Of a stretch of 64,000 nucleotides of DNA, positions 50,428 through 60,834 are shown in pieces. Position 1 is the stretch's first letter. Each line of letters starts with the position of its first letter. Source of the stretch: an uncultured Verrucomicrobiae bacterium (GTDB lineage Bacteria; Verrucomicrobiota; Verrucomicrobiia; Chthoniobacterales; Chthoniobacteraceae); contig CAVYKI010000009.1 of the NCBI GenBank assembly GCA_963769025.1, forward strand, positions 576,001 to 640,000, in the 5' to 3' direction. The position numbers were made by a program, and so were the translations under genes. A model generated the notes under the pieces. That model was not told the origin of the DNA. It made no database searches and saw only the letters and a program-made list of their open reading frames with translations.

Positions 50428-52279
50428 CACCACTCCCACCGAGACGCCCTCAAGCATCATCGACACGTCGAAGATGTCGCCGGAGCAGCGCGCCGCGCTC
50501 GAACTGACCGAGGCCGCACGCGAGGTGACGCGGGACACCTTTGCGGGCGATCTGTTCCTCGGCCGGCTGAATTTCTGCGCGCTGCACCCGTTTCCGAAAC
50601 AAAGCCAGGAGGACCGCGATCAAGGTGACGCCTTCCTGGGCAAGCTCGCCTCCTTCCTGCGCGATGAGACCGATCCGGACGAGATCGATGCGACGGGCGA
50701 AATCCCGCAGCATGTGATCGACGGCCTCGCGAAACTCGGCGCGTTCGGAATCAAGGTCCCGACGAAATATGGCGGCCTCGGCCTCTCGCAGACCAATTAT
50801 TGCCGCGCCGCGATCCTCCTCGGAAGCCACTGCGGAAACCTCACGGCGTTGCTGTCCGCGCATCAGTCCATCGGCGTTCCGCAGCCGCTCATCCTTTTCG
50901 GCACCGAGGAGCAAAAGCAGCGCTACCTCCCGCGCGTCGCTGGCGGCGAGATTTCGGCATTCGCGCTCACGGAGGTGAAGGTCGGCTCCGATCCCGCGAA
51001 GATGGAGACGCACGCGGAGCCGACCGCCGACGGACAGCACTTCATCCTCAATGGCGAAAAGCTGTGGTGTACGAATGGGACGCAGCGCCGGCGTGATCGT
51101 GGTGATGGCGAAGACGCCGCCGAAGGACGGGAAGAAGCAGGTCACCGCATTCATCGTCGATGTCGACGAGCCCGGGCGTGGAGGTCGTCCGCCGCTGTCA
51201 TTTCATGGGGCTGCGCGCGCTCTACAACGGCGTGATCCGTTTCCGCGACGTGCGCGTGCCGCGCGAAAACATCCTGCTCGCGGAAGGGAAGGGGCTGCGC
51301 GTCGCGCTGACGACGCTCAACACCGGCCGCCTCACGCTGCCCGCCGCATGCACGGGCCTCGCGAAGCGCTGCCTGGAGATTTCTCGGAAGTGGGCGGCGG
51401 AGCGCGTGCAATGGGGCGCGCCCGATCGGCAAGCACGCCGCCATCGCCGAAAAGCTGGCGCGGATGGCCGCCGAGGTCTTTGCGATGGAAGCGATGACGC
51501 TCTATACGGCAAGCCTCGTGGATCGCGACAAGCACGCGGACGTGCGACTCGAGGCGGCGATGTGCAAGCTGTGGGCCACCGAGCGGTCGTGGGAGATCGT
51601 GAACGAGACCATGCAGATTCGCGGCGGACGCGGATACGAAACCGCGCAATCGCTTGCGGCGCGCGGCGAGCCGGGCATCGCGGTGGAGCGGTTCCTGCGG
51701 GATTCGCGCATCAACACGATCTTCGAGGGTTCGAGCGAGATCATGCGCCTCTTCATCGCCCGCGAGGCGCTCGACCCGCATCTCCGTGTCGGAGCGCCGG
51801 TGTTGAATTCGCAATTGCCATTCAAACAGCGCGCGGGCGCCGCGATGAAGGCCGCCGCATTTTACTCCCGCTGGTATCCGATGATGTGGCTGCCACGGTT
51901 CCAGCGCGTTCCGCTCGATGGCAGGCTCGCACGCCACGTCCGCTGGGCGGAACGCGCCACGCGCCGGCTCGCGCGCAGGCTTTTCCATTCGATGATCCGC
52001 TTTGGCCCGAAGCTCGAACGCGAGCAGGTGCTGTTGGGCCGCTTCGTGGACATCGCCACGGAAATCTTCGCCATCACCGCGACCTGTGCGCGTGCGGAGA
52101 GCCTCGGCAATGGCGATGCATGCGGCGTGGCAGACTACTTCTGCCGCATTTCCAGGGCGCGGATCAGGCAGCTTTTCGCCGGCGTTTCATCGAACTCTGA
52201 CCGCGAAGGCTACAAGCTCGCGCAGCGTCTGCTCTCCGGCGAAGAGTCGTGGCTTGAGGTCGGAATCCTGCCGGAATAG
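50417..52279 (+). CDS. fadE: Long-chain acyl-CoA dehydrogenase (VLCAD/ACAD9-like), frameshifts near 51083, 51165 and 51420
   Basis: [45 protein letters not shown] and [12 protein letters not shown] distributed colinearly over four consecutive segments. Confidence 0.85.
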
Positions 52280-52294
52280 ATCTCGTTTTCACCC

Positions 52295-53041
52295 GTGGAA
52301 ATCATCGCCCACCGCGGCGCCTCGCATGACGCGCCGGAGAATACGATCGCTGCATTCCAGCTCGCGTGGGAGCAGCATGCCGACGCAGTGGAACTCGACA
52401 TCCAGCTCACGAAGGACGGGCGGATTGTCGCTTTCCACGACCTCACCACGAGGCGTATCGCAGGCATGGACAGGCGCGTGGACGCGCAGACGTACGATGA
52501 ACTGAGGGGGCTCACCGCCCGATTCCCGCAGGGCGCGCACATCCCGTCGATCGAGGAGACGCTCGCCACCGTCCCGGACGGCAAACGGCTTTTCATCGAG
52601 ATCAAGTGCGGTCCGGAAATTCTGCCGGGCCTCGAAAGAGCGCTGAGCGCTTCGGGCAAGTCCGCGGAACAAGTCGTTCTCATCGGCTTTGACATCGAGA
52701 CGATGAAGCAAGCGCGGGCGCGCTTTCCCGGCGGGACCGTTTGCTGGGTGGTGGCTTCGAAAAAGTGGAGTTTTGGCAGGGCACCGTCGGTCGCCGGGGT
52801 GATTGCCGCGGCAAAGTCAGCGCAGCTCGACGGACTCGATGTCGATGCCCGCTTTGCGATCGACGCGACATTTGTTGGCAAGGTGAGGGAAGCGGGACTG
52901 AAGCTGTTCGTCTGGACCGTGGACGACGCGAAGGCCGCGAGGAAACTCGCTGCGCTCGGCGTGGATGGCATCACCACCAACCGCCCGGGCTGGCTGCGGG
53001 AGCAACTGGAATCACGCACGCCGCAAATCAAGCGACCGTAG
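52295..53041 (+). CDS. Glycerophosphodiester phosphodiesterase (GlpQ/UgpQ family)
   Basis: IIAHRGAS..APENT, ELDIQLTKDG, FHD, IEIK, WTVD and GVDGITTNRP. GTG start. Confidence 0.92.
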   Translation: MEIIAHRGASHDAPENTIAAFQLAWEQHADAVELDIQLTKDGRIVAFHDLTTRRIAGMDRRVDAQTYDELRGLTARFPQGAHIPSIEETLATVPDGKRLFIEIKCGPEILPGLERALSASGKSAEQVVLIGFDIETMKQARARFPGGTVCWVVASKKWSFGRAPSVAGVIAAAKSAQLDGLDVDARFAIDATFVGKVREAGLKLFVWTVDDAKAARKLAALGVDGITTNRPGWLREQLESRTPQIKRP

Positions 53042-53105
53042 CGGCGAGCGTTGTCCCGGCGCGGCTTGGATGGAGGAACTGGAGACTCGACTCTTTGGTG
53101 CGCGT

Positions 53106-54764
53106 TCACGCGCCCCTGATGGCGGTACAGCCCGCGCCGGATGGGGAATCCGTCTGAATGCGCGCCAGGCTTTCGAGCGCCTTCATCACGGTGCTGGCGA
53201 GCGTTCCGTCTGTGCGGATTTTCGCGCACTGCGAGGCCGGCAGTTCGGCGGGCGGTTCGTAGAGATGGGTGAGGGCGGCGAAATCATCGAGCCGCGCGTC
53301 GGAGATTTCGTCGGACCTTCTTTCGCGGGCGCGGAGGCGCTTCTTCACAGTGGTGTTGCTTGCGTGCGCTTCGATGGTGCGCCAGCGGATGCCGTGCTTT
53401 TCGAGGCGGTTTGCGAGCAGTTTGCGATGCGCGGGACTGGCAAAGGTCGCGTCGAGAATGACGCTTTGCCCGGCTTTGATCTGCGCCGCGGCAGAGGCGA
53501 GCAGGTGTCCGTAGGTCTTCGCCGTCATCGCCGCCGAGTAGAGCCGCTTCCGTGCGGCGGCGCTGCTTCGCTCGTAGAGCGGGAATCCCGCCATCTTCTT
53601 GCGGACAGAATCCGAGGAAAAAACCTCCCAGCCGAGTTCGGCGCCAATCGCGTGCGCGAGCGTGCTTTTCCCGGAGGCGATGCGGCCCATCACGACGAGC
53701 ACGAGCGGTTCCGATCCGGATATGGCATATTGCAGGGCGAGCCGGAAATAGCGGCGCGCCCGTTCCGCGCTGGTATCGCGTTCCGCCTCGGGTGCGGCAT
53801 GCGCGACGCTGTGCAGACTCTCGACCTTGCCGCGGACATAGGCGCGGTAGCACTTGTAGAAATCCATCAGCCGCGGCATGCTGCGGTCGCCGAGCGCGGA
53901 CGCCATGCGTTTGGCGAAATGGCGGGAGAGATCGGGGCGGCCTTCGTAGTCCAGATCCATCGCGAGAAAGGCCGCGTCATTCGCCACATCGACGTAGCGG
54001 AAGCGATCGTTGAACTCGATGCAGTCGTAGATGTGCAGCGCGCGCGGAGCGACGTGGATGTGCTCCAGGTGCAGGTCGCCGTGACAATCGCGAATGCACC
54101 GATCCTTGATCCGTGATGCAAGGAGGCGCCGATTCCGCGAGTAGAAACGGCCCGTGAAAAAGCGGATCGTCTCGAATGCCCCGCGGGAGATCGTGTGGCC
54201 GATGAACTCGCGGGTCTGGCGGAAATTTTCGTCGGTGCTGATGCACAGCCGGTCGATGCGGCCCCACGACTCGATCTCCTCCGTCGGGTGCTGGGCTTCG
54301 TAAAACTTCTTCAGGACGCGCGCGATCCGGTTGAGAACCGCAGGGCCAATTTTCCCCCGCGCTACGAGCTGATCGAGAAAGCGCCCATCGGCGAGCTTGC
54401 GCATCCGCACCGCGTATTCCACCACCTTGCCTTCATCACCGAACGTGAAGCGCCCGTTGCGCACGGAGATGGGGACGGTGCCGAGGTAGACATCGGGGCA
54501 GAGCCGGCGGTTCAGCGTGACCTCGCGCTCGCAGAAGTGCCGCCGCTTCTCCAGTGTGGAGAAATTCAGGAAGCCAAAGTCCACCGGCTTCTTCACCTTG
54601 TAAACGAACGGCGGCGCGATGAACACGAACGACGCGTGAGTCTGCACGAGGCGCACGGTGCGCGGCCGGTGCGGATACGAGCGGGGATTCAGCAGGAAAG
54701 GGAGCAGCTTCTCCTGCGACTCGATTGCCTTCCGCGATTTTCCGCCTTGATTCGAATGGCTCAT
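53106..54764 (-). CDS. Bifunctional aminoglycoside-phosphotransferase-like / AAA kinase protein (COG2187+COG0645, Rv2004c-like)
   Basis: QTHAS, YKVKKPVDFGFL, CHGDLHLEHI and DCIEFN, followed by Walker A GRIASGKST and ILDATF. Confidence 0.9.
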   Translation of the reverse strand: MSHSNQGGKSRKAIESQEKLLPFLLNPRSYPHRPRTVRLVQTHASFVFIAPPFVYKVKKPVDFGFLNFSTLEKRRHFCEREVTLNRRLCPDVYLGTVPISVRNGRFTFGDEGKVVEYAVRMRKLADGRFLDQLVARGKIGPAVLNRIARVLKKFYEAQHPTEEIESWGRIDRLCISTDENFRQTREFIGHTISRGAFETIRFFTGRFYSRNRRLLASRIKDRCIRDCHGDLHLEHIHVAPRALHIYDCIEFNDRFRYVDVANDAAFLAMDLDYEGRPDLSRHFAKRMASALGDRSMPRLMDFYKCYRAYVRGKVESLHSVAHAAPEAERDTSAERARRYFRLALQYAISGSEPLVLVVMGRIASGKSTLAHAIGAELGWEVFSSDSVRKKMAGFPLYERSSAAARKRLYSAAMTAKTYGHLLASAAAQIKAGQSVILDATFASPAHRKLLANRLEKHGIRWRTIEAHASNTTVKKRLRARERRSDEISDARLDDFAALTHLYEPPAELPASQCAKIRTDGTLASTVMKALESLARIQTDSPSGAGCTAIRGA

Positions 54765-54830
54765 GGGCGCAGTTCGCCGTCCCGCGCGCGTCCGCCGTCG
54801 GTGGCGGCTTTCCTACTGCGCGCCTTTGCC

Positions 54831-55235
54831 TCAGGCGCGCTCATGGGTCTTCACTTCCCCTCGCAACCGCGCCGCATAGTCCTGCAGTTGCCGACGGGCA
54901 CTCGCGAAGGCGTCGCGGATGGCCACGTAAACGTCCTTGTGCTCGGGCTGGAGTTCGCTGTGTTTCGCCACGGCAACGGCGTCATCGCGGCTGAGTGCGG
55001 CGCGCTGGGAAGGTTCGTGGCTCACGACGATTTCACGTCCGGGGACGGCGAGGTCGATGCGGAGGTGAAATGGCTCGCCGGACTTATGCTGCCGGTGCGG
55101 CGCTTCGACGATCACCCGGCAACTCGTGATCCGGGGAAAGAATTCCTCAAGCTTGGCCACCTCCTCGTGAACGCGCGCCGACACGGCGTCGGAGGAATCC
55201 ATGTTTCGATAAGTGATTTGAACGGGGGATTTCAT
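54831..55235 (-). CDS. HPF/RaiA-family ribosome-associated protein
   Basis: PVQITYRNMDSSDAV...ITSCRVIVE...LRIDLAVPG...HKDVYVAIRDAF. Confidence 0.85.
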   Translation of the reverse strand: MKSPVQITYRNMDSSDAVSARVHEEVAKLEEFFPRITSCRVIVEAPHRQHKSGEPFHLRIDLAVPGREIVVSHEPSQRAALSRDDAVAVAKHSELQPEHKDVYVAIRDAFASARRQLQDYAARLRGEVKTHERA

Positions 55236-55434
55236 ATCGTTTTGTTCGCATATTCGCCCCAGGCTCGCCGCGCTGCAATTGGCAAACGCAGCCCGTGTAT
55301 AGCATGTGGCTGGCAATATTGGCCGAGGTGTCTGAGCCGACGCGGCCGCTTTTGGCTGGTGCGCCGGACAAATGTTGAGTCCGGTCTGCTCCTCGCAGCG
55401 CTGAGTTGCTGCAATTCACCCCACCGCCAAAATC

Positions 55435-57689
55435 ATGCAACCCCATCGAAACCTGTTGCTCACAGTCAAACTCAAGCTCCGCCGGCTCCTGAATCTCGTT
55501 CCCGTGCTCATTGCCGCCTCGGCGGGCAATCACTCGTTTGCCGAGGACTGGGGACTCTACTCGATCAGCCCGTTCGGAGGGCCTGCGGTGGTGATGGAAG
55601 CCGTGAATTCCGGAACCGGGGAGGGCACGGTCGTCTCGCTCGGCAAGGCCGTGTCGGCGCCGAATCAGAAGTGGGTCATCAGCCCGAAGGGCGACAATCT
55701 CTACTCCATCAGGCCGTCGTACAGTTCCACGCTGGTCCTCTCGGTCGCAAAAGGCGGAGTGAAGAAAGGCACTGCCATTGTAATGGAAACGGACAGCGGA
55801 CAGCCGTGGCAATTGTGGGCGCTCACCAAGCAGGAGAATGGCAGCTACACGCTCACGCCGAAGCATGCACCGGACAAGGGGCTCGACGATTTCGGCGGCG
55901 ATACGAAACCCGGGGCGAAGCTGGACCTGTGGGAAAACAAGGCGGGTGACCGGCACCTCCAATGGTTCATCAAGCCTCTCGCTGGCAGTCCGCTTCCCGC
56001 CACTGGCGCAGCCGACGCCGCGGCCACAGGCTACGTCCCGCCTGCGATCAAGCCCGCGGACATCCTGCCGGGCACGACGAAACAGTTCACCTTTGCGCAG
56101 AGCAAAATTTTCCCCGGCACGGTGCGTGACGTCACCGTCTTCATCCCCGCGCAGTACGACGGCAAGAAGCCCGCATGCGTGTATGTGAAGACCGACGGCT
56201 TCAATCCGCGCGAAAAGACACTGCATGGAGACGATGATCGCGACGAAGGAAATGCCCGTGACGGTCGGCGTCTTCGTGCGGCCGGGCACGGTGCCCGCGC
56301 CGATGAAGGGCACGCTCGACCGGCGCAATCGCTGCTTCGAATACGACGGCATCAGCGACAACCACGTCCGCTTTCTCACCGAGGAACTGCTCCCGTTTGT
56401 CGCAAAGGAGTATCAGCTCAATCTCTCGACCGACGGCAACGACCGCTGCATCTCGGGCGGCAGCAGCGGCGGCATCGCGGCATTCACGGCGGCGTGGCAT
56501 CGGCCCGAGGCGTTCAGCCGCGTGTATGCGGCGAGCGGGAGCTGGGTCGCGTTTCGCGGCGGGCATGAGTTCCCGACGATGGTGCGGAAGTTCGAGGCAA
56601 AGCCGATCCGCGCCTTTCTCACGACCGCGACGCACGACATGGAGAACGCCGCGGGCGACTGGTTCCTGCTCGATCAGGAAATGGACAAGGCGCTGAAATT
56701 TTCCGGCTACGACTACCAGTTCCGCATCATCGATGGCCGCCACGTCGCGGGCTACATGGAGAACTGGCAGGAAGGCATGGCCTACCTCTGGCGGGGCTGG
56801 CCCGAGCGTCGTGAAGGCCGGTCCGAGCGCGCCGCGTGCGCAGGAAATCCTAATCCCCGGCGAGGACTGGCAGCTTGTCGCCGAGGGCTTCAAGAGCACG
56901 CGCGGCCCTGCGGGCAACGCCAGCGGCGAGGTATTCTTCGCCGACACCACGAACAACAGGATTCACCGCATCGGCCTCGATGGAAAAGTCACGGAGTTCG
57001 TCGCGGATGCCGGGGGTGCGCACTGCGTCACCGTCGGCGCGGATGGCACGCTCTACACCATCTCGGAAAAGAGCGGAAAGCTCATGAGCTACGACTCCGC
57101 GGGCACCGCGAAGACCGTGATGGACGGCATCCTCGGCCACTCGATCCTCGCCCGGCACGATGGCGGACTTTACGTGACGGACAACGACGACAAGAAGCCG
57201 AACAACGGCGGCAGCGTGTGGTTCATCAAGGATGGGAAAAAGACGCGCGTGGACGCGGGGCTGAAATTCGCCACCGGGATGGCGTCGCGCCCGGACCAGT
57301 GGCTGCTCTCGGTCGCCGAGGGGCATTCAAAATGGGTCTGCAGCTACCAGGTGAACGCCGACGGTTCGCTGACGAACAAGGAGCGCTTTTTTCCGCTGCA
57401 CGTCGACGACTGGGACGACGACGCAGGTGCGGAGTCGCTCTGCTATTCACTCGAAGGCCGCATGTTCGCCGCCACGCGCAGCGGCATTCAGATCACCGCC
57501 GACGACGGCCCCACGCAAATCATCCTGCCCGTGCCCGATCGGTCGCGCGTCACCGGCGTTTGCCTCGGCGGCAAGGATCAGGACACGCTCTTCGCGTTCT
57601 GCGGAAACAAAATCTGGAAACGCAAAGTGCAGCACCATGCGGCGGGCGCCTTCTCGCCTTGGACGAAAGTCACCGGGACGAAACTGTAG
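55435..57689 (+). CDS. Secreted fusion of ricin-B lectin, enterochelin-esterase-like alpha/beta hydrolase and SMP-30/gluconolactonase; frameshifts near 56221 and 56808
   Basis: Three QxW-type motifs (NQKW, WQLW, HLQW). SKIFPGTVRD, RCFEYD and GGSSGG nucleophile elbow. GEVFFADT and an SMP-30 propeller run to the stop at 57689. Confidence 0.8.
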
Positions 57690-57718
57690 CCTGCGCACGG
57701 TCATCGAATGACTTCCGG

Positions 57719-60700
57719 CTAATGGAAATCATGCGAGGCCGGGGTGGTCATTTGCTCGGCAAGCAACGGCAGAATCTCGCGGGCTTTGATGTGGATCACG
57801 CCGTCCACTTTTTGCAGGACACCGCGGATTTCCAGGAAGGTTTCCTCGGAGATGCGCAGGCGCAGTTGCTCGAAAAGCTCGGCTGAGACGATGGCGTTGG
57901 CGACGCCGGTTTCGTCTTCGAGGCTGATGAAGACGACGCCCTTCGCGGTGCCGGGGCGCTGACGGCAGATCACCATGCCGCCGATGGCGAGATACGTGCC
58001 GTTGCGCGTGCGGATTCCAGATCGCGCGCGCGCCACAGGTGCGGCACGCGCCCGCGAATGAGCGCCATGGGATGCGGGCCGGTGGTCAGCGTGGTGCCGG
58101 CGTAGTCGGCGTTCAGGCGCTCGAAGGGATTCATCGGCTGCAGCGGCAGCGGGGCGGAGGTCTCCGCGGCGGCAAAAAGATCGTCGGGATCGCGCGCGAC
58201 CTCCACCTGCCACTGCGCGGCGCGGCGATGCTCGCTCGAGTCCGTTGAGCGCGCCGATTTTTGCGAGCGAACGCACGGCGGCTTTCGGCAACGCGGTGCG
58301 AAGCTGGAAATCCACGAGCGATGTGAACGGTGCGGCATTCCGCTCGGCGACGATGCGCTCGCCATCCGTGTGCGTGAGGCCGCGCACGTAGCAGAGGCCG
58401 AGGCGGAGCGTGTCATCCGCGCCGACGGTGCAAAGCCAGTCGCTCTCGATGCACATTCACCGGACGGATGCGCACGCCGTGGCGCTTCGCGTCCTTCACG
58501 AGCGTCGCGGCGGAGTAGAAGCCCATCGGCTGGTTGTTGAGCAGGCCGGCGTAGAACTCCGGCGCGCGATGCACCTTCATCCAGCAGCTCGCATAGGCGA
58601 TGAGCGCGAAGGAAATCGCGTGCGATTCCGGGAAGCCGTACACGGCGAAGGACTGCACCGACTGCGACGATGCGATCGGCGATTTCCGGCGGCACGGCCG
58701 TTGCGCGCCATGCCGGCGCGCAGCTTCACGCACACTTTTTCCATGCGTTCCTGCGAGCGGTGGAAGCTCAGGGCGCGGCGCAATTCCTCCGCTTCGCTGC
58801 CGGTGAAACTCGCCATCACCATCGCGATCTTCAGCAGTTGCTCCTGAAAAAGCGGGACGCCGAGCGTGCGCTCCAGGACGGGCTCGCAGGCGTCGTCGAT
58901 GAACTCGACCGCTTCCTCGCCGCGCGCGCCGCGCGAGGTAGGGATGCAGCATGTTCGCCCTGAATCGGGCCGGGGCGGATGATGCGCGACCTCGACGACC
59001 ACATCGTAAAACTCGCGCGGCTGCATGCGCGGCAGCGTGGCCATCTGCGCGCGGCTCTCGACCTGGAACGTGCCGATGGTGTCGGCGCGGCAGAGCAGAT
59101 CGTAAGTCGCCGCGTCGTCCTTCGGGATCGTCGCGAGGTCCACCGGGCGCCCGCGCGCCTGCGCACATCTCGATCGAGTCCTGCATCGCGGCCATCATGC
59201 CGAGGCCGAGCAGGTCCACCTTGATGATGCCGAGGTCCTCGCAGTCGTCCTTGTCCCACTGCGCGACGACGCGGCCGGGCATGGAGGCATTTTCCAGCGG
59301 CATGACGCTGCTGAGCTGGCCCTTCGCAAATGATCATGCCGCCGCTGTGCTGCCCGAGGTGGCGCGGCAGTCCGTAGATGCGCTGGTAAAGCTCGACGGC
59401 GGCCGCGCGCGCGCGGGTGCGCCTGCGAGATGCCGGCCTGCGCGAGCTGCGCCTCGCAGTTCCAGCGTGTGCGGAAAATCGCCGTGGCCGAAGAGGTGCG
59501 AGAAGCGGTCGAGGACGTCGGGCGGAAAGTTGAGCGCCTTGCCGATTTCGCGCATCGCGCTGCGCCCGCGATAGGTGATGACGTTCGCGGTCATCGCCGC
59601 GCCGTGTTTGCCGTAGCGCCGATAGACTTCCTGGATGACGCGCTCGCGCCGGTCGCCGCTCGGCAGGTCGAGATCGATGTCGGGCCACGACGTGCGGCCC
59701 TCGCAGAGGAAACGCTCGAAGAGCAGTTTGCACGCGATGGGATCGCAGGCGGTGATGCCGAGCGAGTAGCAGACGACGCTGTTCGCCGCGGAGCCGCGGC
59801 CCTGCACGAGGATGCCCTCCGCTGTTGCAGAAATTCACGAGATCCCAGACGATGAGAAAGTATCCGCTGAAGCCGAGCCGCGCGATGAGGTCGAGTTCGT
59901 GATCGAGCTGTGCGCGCTCCGCCGGGCCGGGATGTCGCGTAGCGCCCGCGCGCGCCGTCGAGCGTCACCTTGCGGAGAAAGGAATCCATCGTCTCGCCCT
60001 GCGGCACGCGATACTTCGGAAATTCGTAGCCGAGGTTTTCGCAGCGAGAAGTCGAGGCGCTCCGCGAGGCGCACGGTGTTCGTCGACCGCTTCGGGCGTG
60101 TCGGCGAAAGAGCCGCGCCATGCGCGCGCGCTGGTTTGAGATGCCGCTCATCGTTGTGCGCGAGCAGGCGTCCGGCGGCGTCGAGGTGCGTGTGGTTCCG
60201 CGCGCAGGTGAAGACATCGAGCACGGCGCGCTCGTCGCGGTGTCGCGTAGAGCACGCCATTCGTCGCGAGCAGCGGGAGCTCTGTGGCGGCGGCGAGATC
60301 GCACAGCGCATCGTTTTCGCGCTCTTCGCCGCGGCGAAGGTGGCGCTGGATTTCCACGAAGACATTTTCCCGGCCGAAGATCGACGCCGAGTCGTTCGGT
60401 GGTCGCGAGCGCGCCGGCTTTGTCGTCGCGTGCGAGCGCGCGGCGCACCGGGCCTTCTTCGTCGCCCGTCAGCGCGACGAGGCCGGTCGCAAATTCCGCC
60501 AGTTCGTCCATGCGCACGGGTGCGTGAGTTTTCGTGCCGCGCAGTTTCGCGCGCGTGATGAGCTGGCAGAGGTTTTGGTAGCCGGCGCGGCTTGCGACGA
60601 GCACGGGCAGCACGCTGCCGTCGTCCATCGTCAGTTCCGCGCCGACGATGGGGCGGATGCCGTGCTCTTTTGCCGCCGAGTGGAAGCGCGCCGCGCCATA

Positions 60701-60832
60701 GACGCCTTCGCGGTCGCACAGCGCCACGGCGGGCAGGTCCAGCTCCGCCGCGCGGGCCGCGAGGCTCTCGGGGCGCGAGGCGCCGCGCAGAAAACTGCAC
60801 GCGCTGCGGGCATGGAGTTCGACGTATTCCAT
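57719..60832 (-). pseudogene. dnaE2: Error-prone DNA polymerase DnaE2 (ImuC), broken by >15 frameshifts in this assembly
   Basis: YVELHARSACSFLRGAS, GRGSAANSVVCY, PDIDLD, PRHLGQHSGG, QWDKDD, KVDLLGLGM, FQVESRAQ, YGFPESHA, RQRPGTAKG and the C-terminal SHDFH signature are colinear across frames. Confidence 0.9.
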
Positions 60833-60834
60833 GT

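Noticed and set aside
50417..52279. Programmed frameshifting in fadE or other split genes
   Set aside because: Multiple shifts per gene without slippery sequences. Sequence error is more parsimonious.
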